From: an uncultured Pseudomonadales bacterium
Lineage (GTDB): Bacteria > Patescibacteriota > Microgenomatia > UBA1400 > Chazhemtobacteraceae
DNA: 64,000 nt
Reading direction: 5' to 3'
NCBI GenBank assembly: GCA_964422035.1
Contig: CAYQZQ010000001.1
Span: forward strand, 515,025-579,024
A program made the translations under genes and the position numbers. The notes under the pieces were generated by a model. It worked only from the letters and a program-made list of their open reading frames with translations. It was not told the DNA's origin and searched no databases. Positions 28,212-39,300 of this stretch are shown one piece after another; position 1 is the first letter of the stretch, and every line of letters begins with the position of its first letter.

Positions 28212-28775
28212 TTATTTATTAGTATCCTTTTCTTCTTCTTTTTCAAAAGGCATACCCAAAGCCTCCAGCAACAAACGGGCGGCATGAGGATCAGAGGTGG
28301 AGTTAGTAAGAGTAATTTCCAACCCCTGGACTTGTCCTATTTTATCATAATCAACCTCAGGAAAGACAATTTGCTCTTCTAAACCGAGGGTGTAGTTGCC
28401 CTGCCCATCGAAACTGTCAAGGCTGACACCTTGAAAGTCTTTGGTTCTGGGTAGAACGATGTTGACTAGTTTTTGTAGAAAGGCGTACATGCGATCGCCT
28501 CTTAGAGTTACTACTAGGCCAATCTTGTCACCTTCGGTAAGATCAAAGTCAGCGATAGATTTTTTGGCACGAGTAACTTTAGGATTTTGGCCAGTAATTG
28601 AAGATAGCCATTCTTTGGTTTTTTCAAACAGATCTTCGTCGTGGTGAAATTGAGGAGAACTAGTATTGATAGTAATTTTTTTAACTTTAGGAACAGCTAA
28701 AGGGCTATCTAGATCTAGCTCTTTTTGTAGTTTAGGAGTAATAACTTCTTGGAATTTTTTTCTTAATGGATTCAT
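28212..28775 (-). CDS. rplE: 50S ribosomal protein L5
   Basis: ITGQNP, VTLRGDRM, FDGQGNY, FPEVDYD; start at MNPLRK. Confidence 0.97.
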   Translation of the reverse strand: MNPLRKKFQEVITPKLQKELDLDSPLAVPKVKKITINTSSPQFHHDEDLFEKTKEWLSSITGQNPKVTRAKKSIADFDLTEGDKIGLVVTLRGDRMYAFLQKLVNIVLPRTKDFQGVSLDSFDGQGNYTLGLEEQIVFPEVDYDKIGQVQGLEITLTNSTSDPHAARLLLEALGMPFEKEEEKDTNK

Positions 28776-28782
28776 ATATTTT

Positions 28783-29100
28783 TTATTTATTTTCTTTATC
28801 AATTGGCTTATCGCATTTTTTACAAACACGAACCTTGCTTTGCCCCTCACCTGAGTGGGCAATGCGAGTCGGCTTGTCACAGTTGGGGCAGACGAGTTGT
28901 ACCTTGCTGGCATGAAGAGGGCGAGAAAGGGTGACTATGCCGCCTTTTTGTTCACCTTGAGGGGGAACATGTTTTTTGTAGGTATTTAAGCCATCAACGA
29001 GAATTTTGCCTTTTTTAGTAAAGACTTTTTTAATTTCTCCGGTTCGACCTCGATCGTCACCGGTTAAAACTTTGATGGTATCTCCTTTTTTTAGATTCAT
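28783..29100 (-). CDS. rplX: 50S ribosomal protein L24
   Basis: KKGDTIKVLTGDDRG KOW; CPNC...CKKC. Confidence 0.96.
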   Translation of the reverse strand: MNLKKGDTIKVLTGDDRGRTGEIKKVFTKKGKILVDGLNTYKKHVPPQGEQKGGIVTLSRPLHASKVQLVCPNCDKPTRIAHSGEGQSKVRVCKKCDKPIDKENK

Positions 29101-29102
29101 GG

Positions 29103-29477
29103 TTATACAACTTCAGGTGCCAGAGAGGCAATTTTGTTAAAACCAGCTTCTTTGACTTCTCTGGCAATAGGACCAAAGACGCGGGTACCAATAGGATTTT
29201 TGTTTTTTAGATCTTCTAAAATAACTGCTGCATTGTCATCAAAACGGACGTAAGTGCCATCAGGCCGAGAGGTTTCCTTTTTGGTGCGGACGATGATAGC
29301 TTTGATAACCTGACCTTTTTTGACGGTAGCATTAGGATCAGCATCAATAACAGAAGCGACAACGACATCTCCGACTCCGGCAAATCTGCGAGCGGAGCTG
29401 CCAGGAATTCCCATAACTCGAAGACGTTTAACTCCGGTATTATCAGCTGGTCTAAGAATACTTCTTAATTGAATCAT
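29103..29477 (-). CDS. rplN: 50S ribosomal protein L14
   Basis: [26 protein letters not shown]. Confidence 0.98.
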   Translation of the reverse strand: MIQLRSILRPADNTGVKRLRVMGIPGSSARRFAGVGDVVVASVIDADPNATVKKGQVIKAIIVRTKKETSRPDGTYVRFDDNAAVILEDLKNKNPIGTRVFGPIAREVKEAGFNKIASLAPEVV

Positions 29478-29713
29478 TGTTGTTGTTTTTTAATTATTTT
29501 CTTAACCTGAAAACGCTTGCGCTTACTTTTAGGCCTGATTTGTTCAATCTCGACAAGGTCTCCCTCAGAGACACCCTGCTCATCGTGAACCAGATATCTT
29601 TTACTTTTTTTAATGCGTTTTTTATATAAAGGGTGCTGCCACATGCTGTCGACTTCGACAACGGCAGATTTTTGCATTTTGGTGGACACGACTGTGCCGG
29701 TTAAGGTTTTCAT
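29474..29713 (-). CDS. rpsQ: 30S ribosomal protein S17
   Basis: [24 protein letters not shown]. Confidence 0.96.
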   Translation of the reverse strand: MKTLTGTVVSTKMQKSAVVEVDSMWQHPLYKKRIKKSKRYLVHDEQGVSEGDLVEIEQIRPKSKRKRFQVKKIIKKQQQ

Positions 29714-29714
29714 A

Positions 29715-29903
29715 TTATTCTTTTAGTTGTAATTGTCTAATTTCTGTTAGGATTTGAGCTATTTGTTTTTTTAAAGGCCTGTGAGCGTTAGTGTTGGTTT
29801 GCTCGCCGGCTTTGATGTCCAGTTTGGTAATGGCCAGCTTTTTTCTCAGCTTAGTGAGTTTGTTCTGCAGTTTTTTTATGGAATCGGTTTTTTTAGTAGC
29901 CAT
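29715..29903 (-). CDS. rpmC: 50S ribosomal protein L29
   Basis: Position; KKQIAQILT. Confidence 0.88.
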   Translation of the reverse strand: MATKKTDSIKKLQNKLTKLRKKLAITKLDIKAGEQTNTNAHRPLKKQIAQILTEIRQLQLKE

Positions 29904-30307
29904 TAGCGAGATACAAATTTAGTATTAACTGGTAACTTGTGGCTGGCGCGTCTTAGAGCTTCTCTGGCTGTCTCCTCATCAACACCGGCCATTTCGATTA
30001 AAATACGGCCTGGTTTAACTACAGCAACATATTTTTCAATGTCACCCTTACCACCACCCATGCGAGCACCGGAAGAGCGAGCTGTAACCGGCTTGTGGGG
30101 AAAGATGCGGATAAATATTTTACCAGCTCTTTTAGTATAGTGGGCAATTGAACGACGAGCAGCCTCGATTTGTCGTGAGGTAACCCAGTCGCGAGAGGTG
30201 GCTTTGAGGCCAAAATCTCCGTATGACAGGCGGTGACCACGTTGAGCCATTCCTTTCATTTTGCCTCTAAATTCTTTTCGGTATTTGCGTTTTTTTGGTT
30301 GTAGCAT
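29903..30307 (-). CDS. rplP: 50S ribosomal protein L16
   Basis: [24 protein letters not shown]. Confidence 0.98.
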   Translation of the reverse strand: MLQPKKRKYRKEFRGKMKGMAQRGHRLSYGDFGLKATSRDWVTSRQIEAARRSIAHYTKRAGKIFIRIFPHKPVTARSSGARMGGGKGDIEKYVAVVKPGRILIEMAGVDEETAREALRRASHKLPVNTKFVSR

Positions 30308-30308
30308 T

Positions 30309-30959
30309 TTAGGTTGTTTGTTTTTCGCCTTTGTAAATCCAGACTTTGACCCCTACATAACCGGAGCGGGTCAGAGCTGGCACTTGAGCATAATCAATAT
30401 CAGCACGTAAAGTTGAAGTAGGCATTTTACCACGATCATATTTTTCTACACGAGAAATTTCAGCACCACTAATTCTGCCTGAGAAAACTACTTTGATGCC
30501 TTTGGCGCCGGAACTCATAACCTTTTCCATGGCTTGATCTTTAGCTCGGCGGTGTGGATAGCGACGCTCAAGCTGGTGGGCAATCCTTTCAGCAACAAGC
30601 TTGGCAGAAAGTTCGGGATTGTTTACTTCAATAGGATGAATTTGAACGGCTATTTGTTCGTCTTTGTTTTTGTTGACCATCTTGTGTAACTCTTTTTTAA
30701 GTCTTTCTATGTTAGAGCCACCCTTGCCGATAACAACACCTGGCCTGGCGATGTGAAGATAGATATCGACGGTATTGATGGAGCGTTTTATTTCAACACG
30801 AGTAAGTCCAGCCAGTCGTAGTTCACCTTCTAGATATTGGCGTAGTTTGTAGTCTTCTGCAACTAGTTTTTTGTAGCGGCCTGGATCTGCGTACCATAGG
30901 GAGTCCCAGTCATAGAGGACGCCTGTTCGATAGCCGGTTGGATTTACTTTTTGTCCCAT
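30309..30959 (-). CDS. rpsC: 30S ribosomal protein S3
   Basis: [31 protein letters not shown]. Confidence 0.98.
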   Translation of the reverse strand: MGQKVNPTGYRTGVLYDWDSLWYADPGRYKKLVAEDYKLRQYLEGELRLAGLTRVEIKRSINTVDIYLHIARPGVVIGKGGSNIERLKKELHKMVNKNKDEQIAVQIHPIEVNNPELSAKLVAERIAHQLERRYPHRRAKDQAMEKVMSSGAKGIKVVFSGRISGAEISRVEKYDRGKMPTSTLRADIDYAQVPALTRSGYVGVKVWIYKGEKQTT

Positions 30960-30992
30960 TTTTTTATGTAATATTAATAGTTAATTAGGTGA

Positions 30993-31535
30993 TTACTCAC
31001 TTTTTGATTTTTGATCAGGTAATCTGGTTTGTTTGTTAGGCTGACGGGCAGCTGGCTTGGTACTGGGAGATTGAGGAGTTTTTTTAGGAGCAGAAGTTTT
31101 CTTGTCTCTGGTTAGGTCGGCGAGATCGGGCTTGGGCGGCTTAGCCTGTTCAATGGTGGTTTCTTTTGGTTTTTGGCTTTTTGGCATAGTTGCTTTTTGA
31201 GGAGTTTCAAGCTTAACAATTAGGTGGGAAGAGCGCTTGGCATAAGGCTTGGCTCGACCACGGGCAGCGGCTCTCCATCTTTTGGAGTAGCGCATGGAAG
31301 CTTGATTGACGATGATTTCACTAAATGAAAGTTTATTTGGCTGAAGCTTGAAGTTGTGGGCAGCGTTAGCGATAGCTTGTTTAATTGTCTTTTGCAAGTG
31401 AGAAGCAGCAGAGTGGTTTAAGTAGCCTAGTTTAACTACAGCTTCTTGAGGATTAAGGTCCTTGATGGCTTCAACCATAAAGCGCATTTTTTTGGGTGTA
31501 ACTGGTAAGTTTTTTTGTGTAGCTATAACAATCAT
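30993..31535 (-). CDS. rplV: 50S ribosomal protein L22 with long C-terminal tail
   Basis: PKKMR, QAIANA, ARGRA, SHLIV. Confidence 0.95.
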   Translation of the reverse strand: MIVIATQKNLPVTPKKMRFMVEAIKDLNPQEAVVKLGYLNHSAASHLQKTIKQAIANAAHNFKLQPNKLSFSEIIVNQASMRYSKRWRAAARGRAKPYAKRSSHLIVKLETPQKATMPKSQKPKETTIEQAKPPKPDLADLTRDKKTSAPKKTPQSPSTKPAARQPNKQTRLPDQKSKSE

Positions 31536-31539
31536 GTTT

Positions 31540-31824
31540 TTAAGTTTTGCTGATAATTCGTTTAGTCATCTTGCCGTGGCCGCGGAATGTACGGGTATGA
31601 GAAAACTCGCCTAGGCGGTGACCAACCATGGCTTCTGTAACGAAAACTTCAAGAAAGTCTCGGCCGTTGTGAACCAAAAAAGTGTAGCCAACAAATTCGG
31701 GAGGAATTTGGCTGTTTCTAGCCCAGGTTTTAATTGGATCTTTACGATTAGCCTTTTTTTGAGCCATTACCTTATCATAAAGTTTTTGGTCTATATATGG
31801 TCCTTTTTTATTTGATCTACCCAT
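31540..31824 (-). CDS. rpsS: 30S ribosomal protein S19
   Basis: [21 protein letters not shown]. Confidence 0.98.
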   Translation of the reverse strand: MGRSNKKGPYIDQKLYDKVMAQKKANRKDPIKTWARNSQIPPEFVGYTFLVHNGRDFLEVFVTEAMVGHRLGEFSHTRTFRGHGKMTKRIISKT

Positions 31825-31827
31825 GTT

Positions 31828-32670
31828 TTATTTCTTTTTAATACGACGGTCTTTAATAATTTTTTTATCTGAATACTTATTGCGCTTTCTGGTCTTTTTA
31901 CCCAGAGTCTTTTTACCCCAAGGACTCTTAGGAGAAGGCATACCAATTCCAGATCGACCTTCACCACCACCGTGAGGATGGCTATCAGGGTGTTGGGCTA
32001 CTCCGCGGACTGATGGTCTCCAACCCATGAGTCGTTTGCGTCCAGCTTTACCAATCTGGCGATTTTTATGATCAATGTTGCTGACTTGACCAATGGTCGC
32101 CATGCATTTGGCATTGAATTTCCTTAATTCTCCGGAAGGAAGCTTTACGGTTACTGATTTTCCTTCTTTGTCCTGAATTAAGGCTGCTACTCCAGCGGAG
32201 CGAACCATTTGACCACCTTTACCGGGGGTTATCTCTAAGTTGTGGATAGGGGTGCCAACAGGTACTTTACCCAGCGGTATAGTATTACCAGGTTCTACTT
32301 CCAGCTGTTTGTCACGACTAGAGAGAATTGTCTGGCCAACTTTGAGTTTGTCAGGAGCTAGAATATAACGACGAACTCCATTTCTGTATTTAACAAGTGC
32401 AATATTTGCGGAGCGGTTAGGGTCGTATTCGAGACTCTCGACTTGAGCAGGGATGTCTAATAAGTCGCGCTTAAAATCAATCTTACGATAGAAACGCTTG
32501 TGACGACCACCGCGGTGACGCACAGTTATTTTACCAGAATTGTTGCGTCCAGCATAGTTTTTATTGGTACTACGCAGTTTTTTAGGTGGTTTTGATTCAC
32601 CTAAATCATTAACAGCCTTGACTTGATGTCTTTGGCCTGGTGTATTTGGTTTTTTTCTTTTCAGAGCCAT
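31828..32670 (-). CDS. rplB: 50S ribosomal protein L2
   Basis: GRNNSGKIT, EYDPNRSA, HPHGGGEG. Confidence 0.98.
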   Translation of the reverse strand: MALKRKKPNTPGQRHQVKAVNDLGESKPPKKLRSTNKNYAGRNNSGKITVRHRGGRHKRFYRKIDFKRDLLDIPAQVESLEYDPNRSANIALVKYRNGVRRYILAPDKLKVGQTILSSRDKQLEVEPGNTIPLGKVPVGTPIHNLEITPGKGGQMVRSAGVAALIQDKEGKSVTVKLPSGELRKFNAKCMATIGQVSNIDHKNRQIGKAGRKRLMGWRPSVRGVAQHPDSHPHGGGEGRSGIGMPSPKSPWGKKTLGKKTRKRNKYSDKKIIKDRRIKKK

Positions 32671-32672
32671 GT

Positions 32673-32954
32673 TTAGCCTTCAAAATAGCTAATTGATTGC
32701 TTGTCTTTTAGTTGAACAACAGCTTTTTTCTTTTTGGGTGTAGTTCTGCGGCGGCCGGTACGACCGGAACGAGAAGTTGTGGGTTTGAGGGTTGAGGTGG
32801 TAATTTTAACAACTTCAACATCAAAGAGGTTCTGAACAGCATTTTTAATTTGGTCTTTGTTAGCTTTGTAATCAACCAAGAAGGTGTAGCGATTGAAGTC
32901 TTTGACTTGTTTTAAGCTTTTCTCGGTGATGTGAGCTTTTTTTATGATAGACAT
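32673..32954 (-). CDS. rplW: 50S ribosomal protein L23
   Basis: ITEKS, ANKDQIK, KKAVVQL. Confidence 0.95.
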   Translation of the reverse strand: MSIIKKAHITEKSLKQVKDFNRYTFLVDYKANKDQIKNAVQNLFDVEVVKITTSTLKPTTSRSGRTGRRRTTPKKKKAVVQLKDKQSISYFEG

Positions 32955-32955
32955 G

Positions 32956-33585
32956 TTATTTTGCTAGCCACTCGCCTAGCGGCTTGAGGGCTTTTTGATC
33001 AATAATTAAATGTTTAGTCTTTAAAAGATCGTGTATGTTGGTGTGGTCAAAACGAGCAACAATTAAATTTGGAATGTTGCGGGCTGAAAGCTCTAAGCCT
33101 GGATATTGTTCAGCCACTACTATTAAAGTGTTATCATGGGCTTTGACTTTATCAAGAAGTGAAGCTAGTTTTTTGGTTTTTGGCTTAAGCTTGTCCAAAC
33201 CTTTGATGACTGTTATTTTGTGATTGTCAGCTAGGAAAGAGAAAGCTCCGCGAAAACTTGCTTTTCTCATTTTCTTATTCATCTTTTTGCGCTTTGGCTT
33301 TACACCCTTAGGACCATGGGCTACTCCACCTCCAACGAAAATGGGGGCTGATTGAGCTCCGTGTCGGGCTCTTCCAGTACCTTTTTGCTGGTACCATTTG
33401 GATTTGGTGAGACTAACTTCGCCACGGGTTTGAACTTTACTAGTGTGCTGTGCTTGATTTTTTTTGTAAACGTGAATTGCTTGGGCCATAAGCTGAGGAT
33501 CTACTTGAGCTCCAAAAACAGGCTTAGGTAGACTAACCTTCTTTTCTTGCTTCTTGCCGGTGTGGTTATATAAATTAGCTTTCAT
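32956..33585 (-). CDS. rplD: 50S ribosomal protein L4
   Basis: QKGTGRARHG, GGGVAHGPK, SARNIP. Confidence 0.97.
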   Translation of the reverse strand: MKANLYNHTGKKQEKKVSLPKPVFGAQVDPQLMAQAIHVYKKNQAQHTSKVQTRGEVSLTKSKWYQQKGTGRARHGAQSAPIFVGGGVAHGPKGVKPKRKKMNKKMRKASFRGAFSFLADNHKITVIKGLDKLKPKTKKLASLLDKVKAHDNTLIVVAEQYPGLELSARNIPNLIVARFDHTNIHDLLKTKHLIIDQKALKPLGEWLAK

Positions 33586-33586
33586 G

Positions 33587-34234
33587 TTAGTCTTGTTTTG
33601 TCTTTTGAGTAATAGTGAGAGTGACTAGTTGATTGCGAGAACCAGGAACAGGACCTGAAACCCAGATTTGGTTATTATCTAAATCAATTTTTAAAACTTT
33701 AAGATTGGTAACCGTCTTATTTTCGCTACCCATGCGGCCAGGCATTTTTTTACCAGGCAAAACGCGTCCTGGAGTTGTAGTTCTGCCGATTGAACCACCG
33801 TGACGTTGTCTTGTTTGACCATGTGTTCTGGCAGCTCCTTTGAAGTTGTGTCGTTTTATAACTCCAGCAAACCCCTTTCCTTTTGAGATAGCGGTGGCGT
33901 TGATGGTGTCTTTCTCTGAGATGATATCGGCAATTGGCAAATCGTCGCCTACTTTTAGATCTTCAATCTCTTTTTCATCTTGTAGTTTTATTTCCCTTAA
34001 CCATTGAGGCTCTTTTTTAAGTTTAAGTTTTTTTAAGTGACCGTTCAAAGACTTGCCACTTGGCTTGTTTTTTTGGCCGATGGCCACTTGAACTGCACTA
34101 TAGCCGTCATTATCGGTATTTTTAAGTTGTGAGATGGTCTGTTTGGGGATGTCTAAAACTGTTACAGGAGTCCTTTTACCTTCTGGAAAGGATTGGGTCA
34201 TATGTGATTTGGTAGTAAAGATTTGTTTTAACAT
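33587..34234 (-). CDS. rplC: 50S ribosomal protein L3
   Basis: DGYSAVQ, SKGKGFAGVIKRH, GKKMPGRMG. Confidence 0.97.
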   Translation of the reverse strand: MLKQIFTTKSHMTQSFPEGKRTPVTVLDIPKQTISQLKNTDNDGYSAVQVAIGQKNKPSGKSLNGHLKKLKLKKEPQWLREIKLQDEKEIEDLKVGDDLPIADIISEKDTINATAISKGKGFAGVIKRHNFKGAARTHGQTRQRHGGSIGRTTTPGRVLPGKKMPGRMGSENKTVTNLKVLKIDLDNNQIWVSGPVPGSRNQLVTLTITQKTKQD

Positions 34235-34246
34235 TTTATTTTCAAT

Positions 34247-34285
34247 AAAAAAGCCCCGAAATACGGGGCTTGCTTCTCCGTATTT
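34247..34285 (-). promoter_or_regulatory. Attenuator-like leader of rplC (terminator/antiterminator)
   Basis: Terminator AAGCCCCG-TATTT-CGGGGCTT-TTTT overlaps the alternative stem AAATACGG/CCGTATTT. Confidence 0.55.
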
Positions 34286-34343
34286 GTAAGCTGTCTATGT
34301 AAATGTCTGGCCTGGCAGGCTGCAAGATACCATCAAATATATT

Positions 34344-34664
34344 TTACATTTTAATTTCGATGCCTACACCAGCAGGTAACTCAAGGTGCATTAGTGAGTC
34401 GATGGTCTTGCTGGTTGGCGAAAGAATGTCGATGAGTCTTTTGTGAGTTAGAATCTCAAAATGCTCTCGGGCATCCTTATCTGTGTGAGGACTGGTGGTG
34501 ACGACGATCTCTTTGCGCTTGGTAGGCAAAGGAACCGGCCCAGAAACCCTAGCTCCTGTTGAAAGAGCGGTTTGCAAGATCTTACCGGCAGCTTCATCAA
34601 TGACGCGATGGTCAAATGATTTTAGCCGGACTCTAATGCGTTGCTGATCTTTTTTAGTAGGCAT
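34344..34664 (-). CDS. rpsJ: 30S ribosomal protein S10
   Basis: [23 protein letters not shown]; start at MPTKK. Confidence 0.98.
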   Translation of the reverse strand: MPTKKDQQRIRVRLKSFDHRVIDEAAGKILQTALSTGARVSGPVPLPTKRKEIVVTTSPHTDKDAREHFEILTHKRLIDILSPTSKTIDSLMHLELPAGVGIEIKM

Positions 34665-34683
34665 ATAAATGTGCGGGCAAATT

Positions 34684-34712
34684 TTCAGGGCGGCCAAAGA
34701 GGTCGCCCTGAA
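34684..34712 (-). terminator. Stem-loop between tuf and rpsJ
   Basis: TTCAGGGCGGCC-AAAGA-GGTCGCCCTGAA (plus-strand reading). Confidence 0.5.
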
Positions 34713-34744
34713 GAACTAATTTTCTTGGCTAATAGACCTTGTGA

Positions 34745-35920
<1,176 letters not shown>

Positions 35921-35967
35921 GTTTATAGTTATTAATTTTTAATTTGTTTGTACAAATGTATATTTTA

Positions 35968-38112
35968 TCATTTTTTGCCAGAATCTCCAGTTTGAGAGTC
36001 TATTAATTGTTGTGTGATGTTGTCTGGAACTATATCGTAGGAGTGAGGCTCCATGTAGTGATGGGCGCGCCCTTTGGTTAATGAACGCAATGAAGTAGTG
36101 TATCGAGACATTTCTGAGAGGGGGATTAGGCAGGTAATAACCCTGGCATTACCTCGCTGAACATTGCTTAAGATGTGTGCTCTTCTTGAAGAAAGATCTC
36201 CGATAACATCACCCATGAATTCCTGAGGTGTGGTTACCTCCATTTTCATGATAGGTTCAAGCAAAACTGGTTTGGCGCTTCGGACTGCGCTTTGAAGTGC
36301 TTCAGAGCCAGCGATTTTGAAGGCAACTTCTGAAGAGTCAACGTCATGGTAAGAACCATCATATAGTTCTACCTGAAGATCAGTTAGGGGATAGCCTGCC
36401 AGAATACCATTGTCTTCTGCTTCGGTAACACCCTTTTCTACTGGGTTAATAAATTCTCTAGGGATTGCTCCTCCGGTAATCTTGTTCTCAAACTTACGTC
36501 CTTCACCGCGAGGTAAAGGCTTGATTCGAATCAAGCAGTGACCATATTGACCGCGACCTCCTGATTGGCGGATGTATTTTCCTTCACCTTCAGCAGGACT
36601 GGTAATAGTTTCCTTATAAGCAACTTGGGGCTGGCCGGTGTTGGCTTCGATACTAAACTCTCGTTTGAGACGATCTACTAGAATCTCGAGGTGTAGCTCG
36701 CCCATTCCTGAAATGAGAGTTTGGCCAGTGTCAGGATCGGATTTTATTTGAAAAGTAGGATCTTCATCGGAAAGTCGTCTTAAAGCAGAACCTAGTTTTT
36801 CCTGATCTGATTTTGTTTTTGGTTCAATAGCTAGAGAAATGACTGGGTCAGGGAAAGAAATGGTTTCCAAAATAACTGGTTGTTCGGGATCACAAAGCGT
36901 ATCACCAGTACTAGAATCGGATAATCCAACAGCGGCAACAATCTCACCAGCACGAGCTGTATCAATTTGCTCTCGACTATTTGCATGCATTAAAAGTAAT
37001 CGTCCTAAGCGCTCTTTGTTTCCTTTTGAAGAATTATAGATGTATGAACCTGACTCGATGGTACCAGAATAAACACGCAGATAAGTTAGGCGGCCAACGT
37101 GAGGGTCTGTTTGAATCTTGAAAGCAAGAGCAGTAACTGGACCTTCTGTGTCAGCTTGGCGGATAATTTCTTTTTCTGTCCCGGGTTTTACACCTTTGAC
37201 AGGAGGCACATCTAGAGGGCTTGGTAGAAAGTCAATTATGGCATCTAGAAGAGGTTGAACGCCTTTGCTGCGCAAAGCTGATCCGGGGAATACCGGGACC
37301 AGGTCATTTGCAATTGTAGCTTTTCTAAGAACTTTTTTAAGCCCAGAAATATCAGGCTCTGTTCCATTAAGATATTTTTCCATTAACTGGTCATCTCTCT
37401 CTACTATTTGCTCGATGAGTTGAGAGCGATATTTTTTGATTTTGTCTTGATCAAGATTTTCAGGAACCTCATCGGTCACTTCATATTCTGTGCCAGTATC
37501 ATCCTCAGGATTCCAAATTATAGCTTTTTGCTCTAAGAGTAGATACATACCTTTAAAAGAGTCCTCTACGCCAATGGGTAAGGCCATAACGGCAGTATTA
37601 GCACCGAGTTTTTGGTGGACATCTTCAATGGTGTCGTGAAAATCAGCACCAAGAGAATCCATTTTGTTGACCATGGCGATTCGAGGAACATTATATTTGT
37701 CAGCCTGTCTCCAGACTGTTTCGGTTTGAGATTGAACTCCGGAACTTGCATCAAGTATTACGACACCACCATCAAGAACTCTTAAAGACCGCTCAACTTC
37801 AGCAGTGAAGTCAACGTGTCCGGGAGTGTCGATGATGTTAATACGATGTTTATCTTGATGTAAAGCAGTGTCTGAAGCCGGAGACCAGAAGGTAGTAGTA
37901 GCAGCAGACATAATGGTGATTCCACGCTCTTTCTCTTGCTCCATCCAGTCCATTTGAGTATCACCCTCATCAATATTGCCGATTTTGTATGTTTTACCGG
38001 TGTAGTAAAGAATTCTTTCTGTAGTGGTAGTCTTACCAGCATCGATGTGAGCAATAATTCCAATGTTTCTTAGTTTTTTTAGTGGTAGTATTTCTTGTCT
38101 TTTTTCTGCCAT
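35968..38112 (-). CDS. fusA: Elongation factor G
   Basis: AHIDAGKTT, DTPGHVDF, GMGELHLE, RQSGGRGQYGH. Confidence 0.99.
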   Translation of the reverse strand: MAEKRQEILPLKKLRNIGIIAHIDAGKTTTTERILYYTGKTYKIGNIDEGDTQMDWMEQEKERGITIMSAATTTFWSPASDTALHQDKHRINIIDTPGHVDFTAEVERSLRVLDGGVVILDASSGVQSQTETVWRQADKYNVPRIAMVNKMDSLGADFHDTIEDVHQKLGANTAVMALPIGVEDSFKGMYLLLEQKAIIWNPEDDTGTEYEVTDEVPENLDQDKIKKYRSQLIEQIVERDDQLMEKYLNGTEPDISGLKKVLRKATIANDLVPVFPGSALRSKGVQPLLDAIIDFLPSPLDVPPVKGVKPGTEKEIIRQADTEGPVTALAFKIQTDPHVGRLTYLRVYSGTIESGSYIYNSSKGNKERLGRLLLMHANSREQIDTARAGEIVAAVGLSDSSTGDTLCDPEQPVILETISFPDPVISLAIEPKTKSDQEKLGSALRRLSDEDPTFQIKSDPDTGQTLISGMGELHLEILVDRLKREFSIEANTGQPQVAYKETITSPAEGEGKYIRQSGGRGQYGHCLIRIKPLPRGEGRKFENKITGGAIPREFINPVEKGVTEAEDNGILAGYPLTDLQVELYDGSYHDVDSSEVAFKIAGSEALQSAVRSAKPVLLEPIMKMEVTTPQEFMGDVIGDLSSRRAHILSNVQRGNARVITCLIPLSEMSRYTTSLRSLTKGRAHHYMEPHSYDIVPDNITQQLIDSQTGDSGKK

Positions 38113-38138
38113 ATGTATTTATTTAATGGATAAACAGT

Positions 38139-38221
38139 AAAAAACTGCCTCGAAAAGAAGCAGTTTGACTGCCAATTTTGACTAGATTATTATTTTAGCA
38201 CAACTTAAGGCCAGAGGGCAA
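38139..38221 (-). promoter_or_regulatory. fusA promoter plus leader hairpin
   Basis: TTGCCC-18 nt-TAAAAT (extended TG); leader AAACTGCTTC-TTTTC-GAGGCAGTTT-TTT. Confidence 0.5.
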
Positions 38222-38284
38222 AGAATAGTACTTAATTTATTTTTTCATAAGTTCAGGCTCGACTTTAGTTAAGTGAAGTATTCT

Positions 38285-38761
38285 TTACCAACGAAAGTGT
38301 GCAAAAGCTTTATTAGCTTCAGCCTGTTTGTGAGTGTCTTCTCTTCTTTTAATGGCTGCACCCTGATTATTGTAGGCATCCATTATTTCTGCTGAAAGTT
38401 TGTCTGAATAGGTGTGGTGGTCTTTTTGATTTCGATTACGAGCAGCATTTACTAACCAACGAATGGCTAAAGAGTTGCGTCGAGGACCTTTAACTGAAGT
38501 TGGAATTTGGTAGGCGGCCCCTCCAACTCTTCTAGTTCTTACCTCAACTTGAGGTTTGATGTTTTCTATCGCTTGTCTAAATACTTCTAAAGGATCTTTT
38601 TTTATCTTTTTTTCGATTTGGTCGAAAGCTTTATAAACGTGTTTGCGTGATACTGCTTTTTTACCATCAACCATAGAGCGGTTTACCAGCTTGGCTACTA
38701 GTTTATTTTCATATACTGGATCTTCTTTGATTTTTCGTTTTGGAGCTTGTTTAGAACGCAT
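38285..38761 (-). CDS. rpsG: 30S ribosomal protein S7
   Basis: [27 protein letters not shown]. Confidence 0.98.
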   Translation of the reverse strand: MRSKQAPKRKIKEDPVYENKLVAKLVNRSMVDGKKAVSRKHVYKAFDQIEKKIKKDPLEVFRQAIENIKPQVEVRTRRVGGAAYQIPTSVKGPRRNSLAIRWLVNAARNRNQKDHHTYSDKLSAEIMDAYNNQGAAIKRREDTHKQAEANKAFAHFRW

Positions 38762-38785
38762 TGTAAATTGAATTAATTAAACTTA

Positions 38786-39280
38786 TTAAGCTGATTCAGT
38801 GGGAGTTTCTGACTCGGTACTTGCTTCAGATTCTTCTTCACCAGCAATTGGAGCTTCTCCACTTGCAGCTACTCCGCCTTGGCGGGTGCCGTATTTGGAT
38901 CTGGCTTGCTTTCTTCCTTCTACGCCAGCACAGTCATATACACCTCTTATGATGTGGTATTTAACTCCTGGAAGATCTTTGACTCGTCCTCCGCGAACTA
39001 AGACAACTGAGTGCTCAGCAAGGTTATGACCCTCTCCTGGAATGTAGGCGGTAACTTCCTGTTTATTTGAAAGTCTCACCCTGGCTATTTTTCTTAAAGC
39101 AGAGTTTGGTTTTTTAGGAGTCATTGTTTTAACTTGCAAGCAAACACCTCTTTTTTGAGGATTAGTTGTTTTGGTAATTTTTCTCTTTTTGGCATTGAAA
39201 GACTTACGCAATGCCGCTGCTTTTACCTTTTTCTTCTTGGGTCTACGTCCTTTACGGACTAATTGATTAATGGTTGGCAT
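38786..39280 (-). CDS. rpsL: 30S ribosomal protein S12 with acidic C-terminal tail
   Basis: [25 protein letters not shown]. Confidence 0.99.
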   Translation of the reverse strand: MPTINQLVRKGRRPKKKKVKAAALRKSFNAKKRKITKTTNPQKRGVCLQVKTMTPKKPNSALRKIARVRLSNKQEVTAYIPGEGHNLAEHSVVLVRGGRVKDLPGVKYHIIRGVYDCAGVEGRKQARSKYGTRQGGVAASGEAPIAGEEESEASTESETPTESA

Positions 39281-39300
39281 ATCAGTCTAATTTTATCATT

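Noticed and set aside
28776-28913. N-terminal extension of L5 in the ORF track
   Set aside because: Overlaps rplX in another frame; the real start is 28775.
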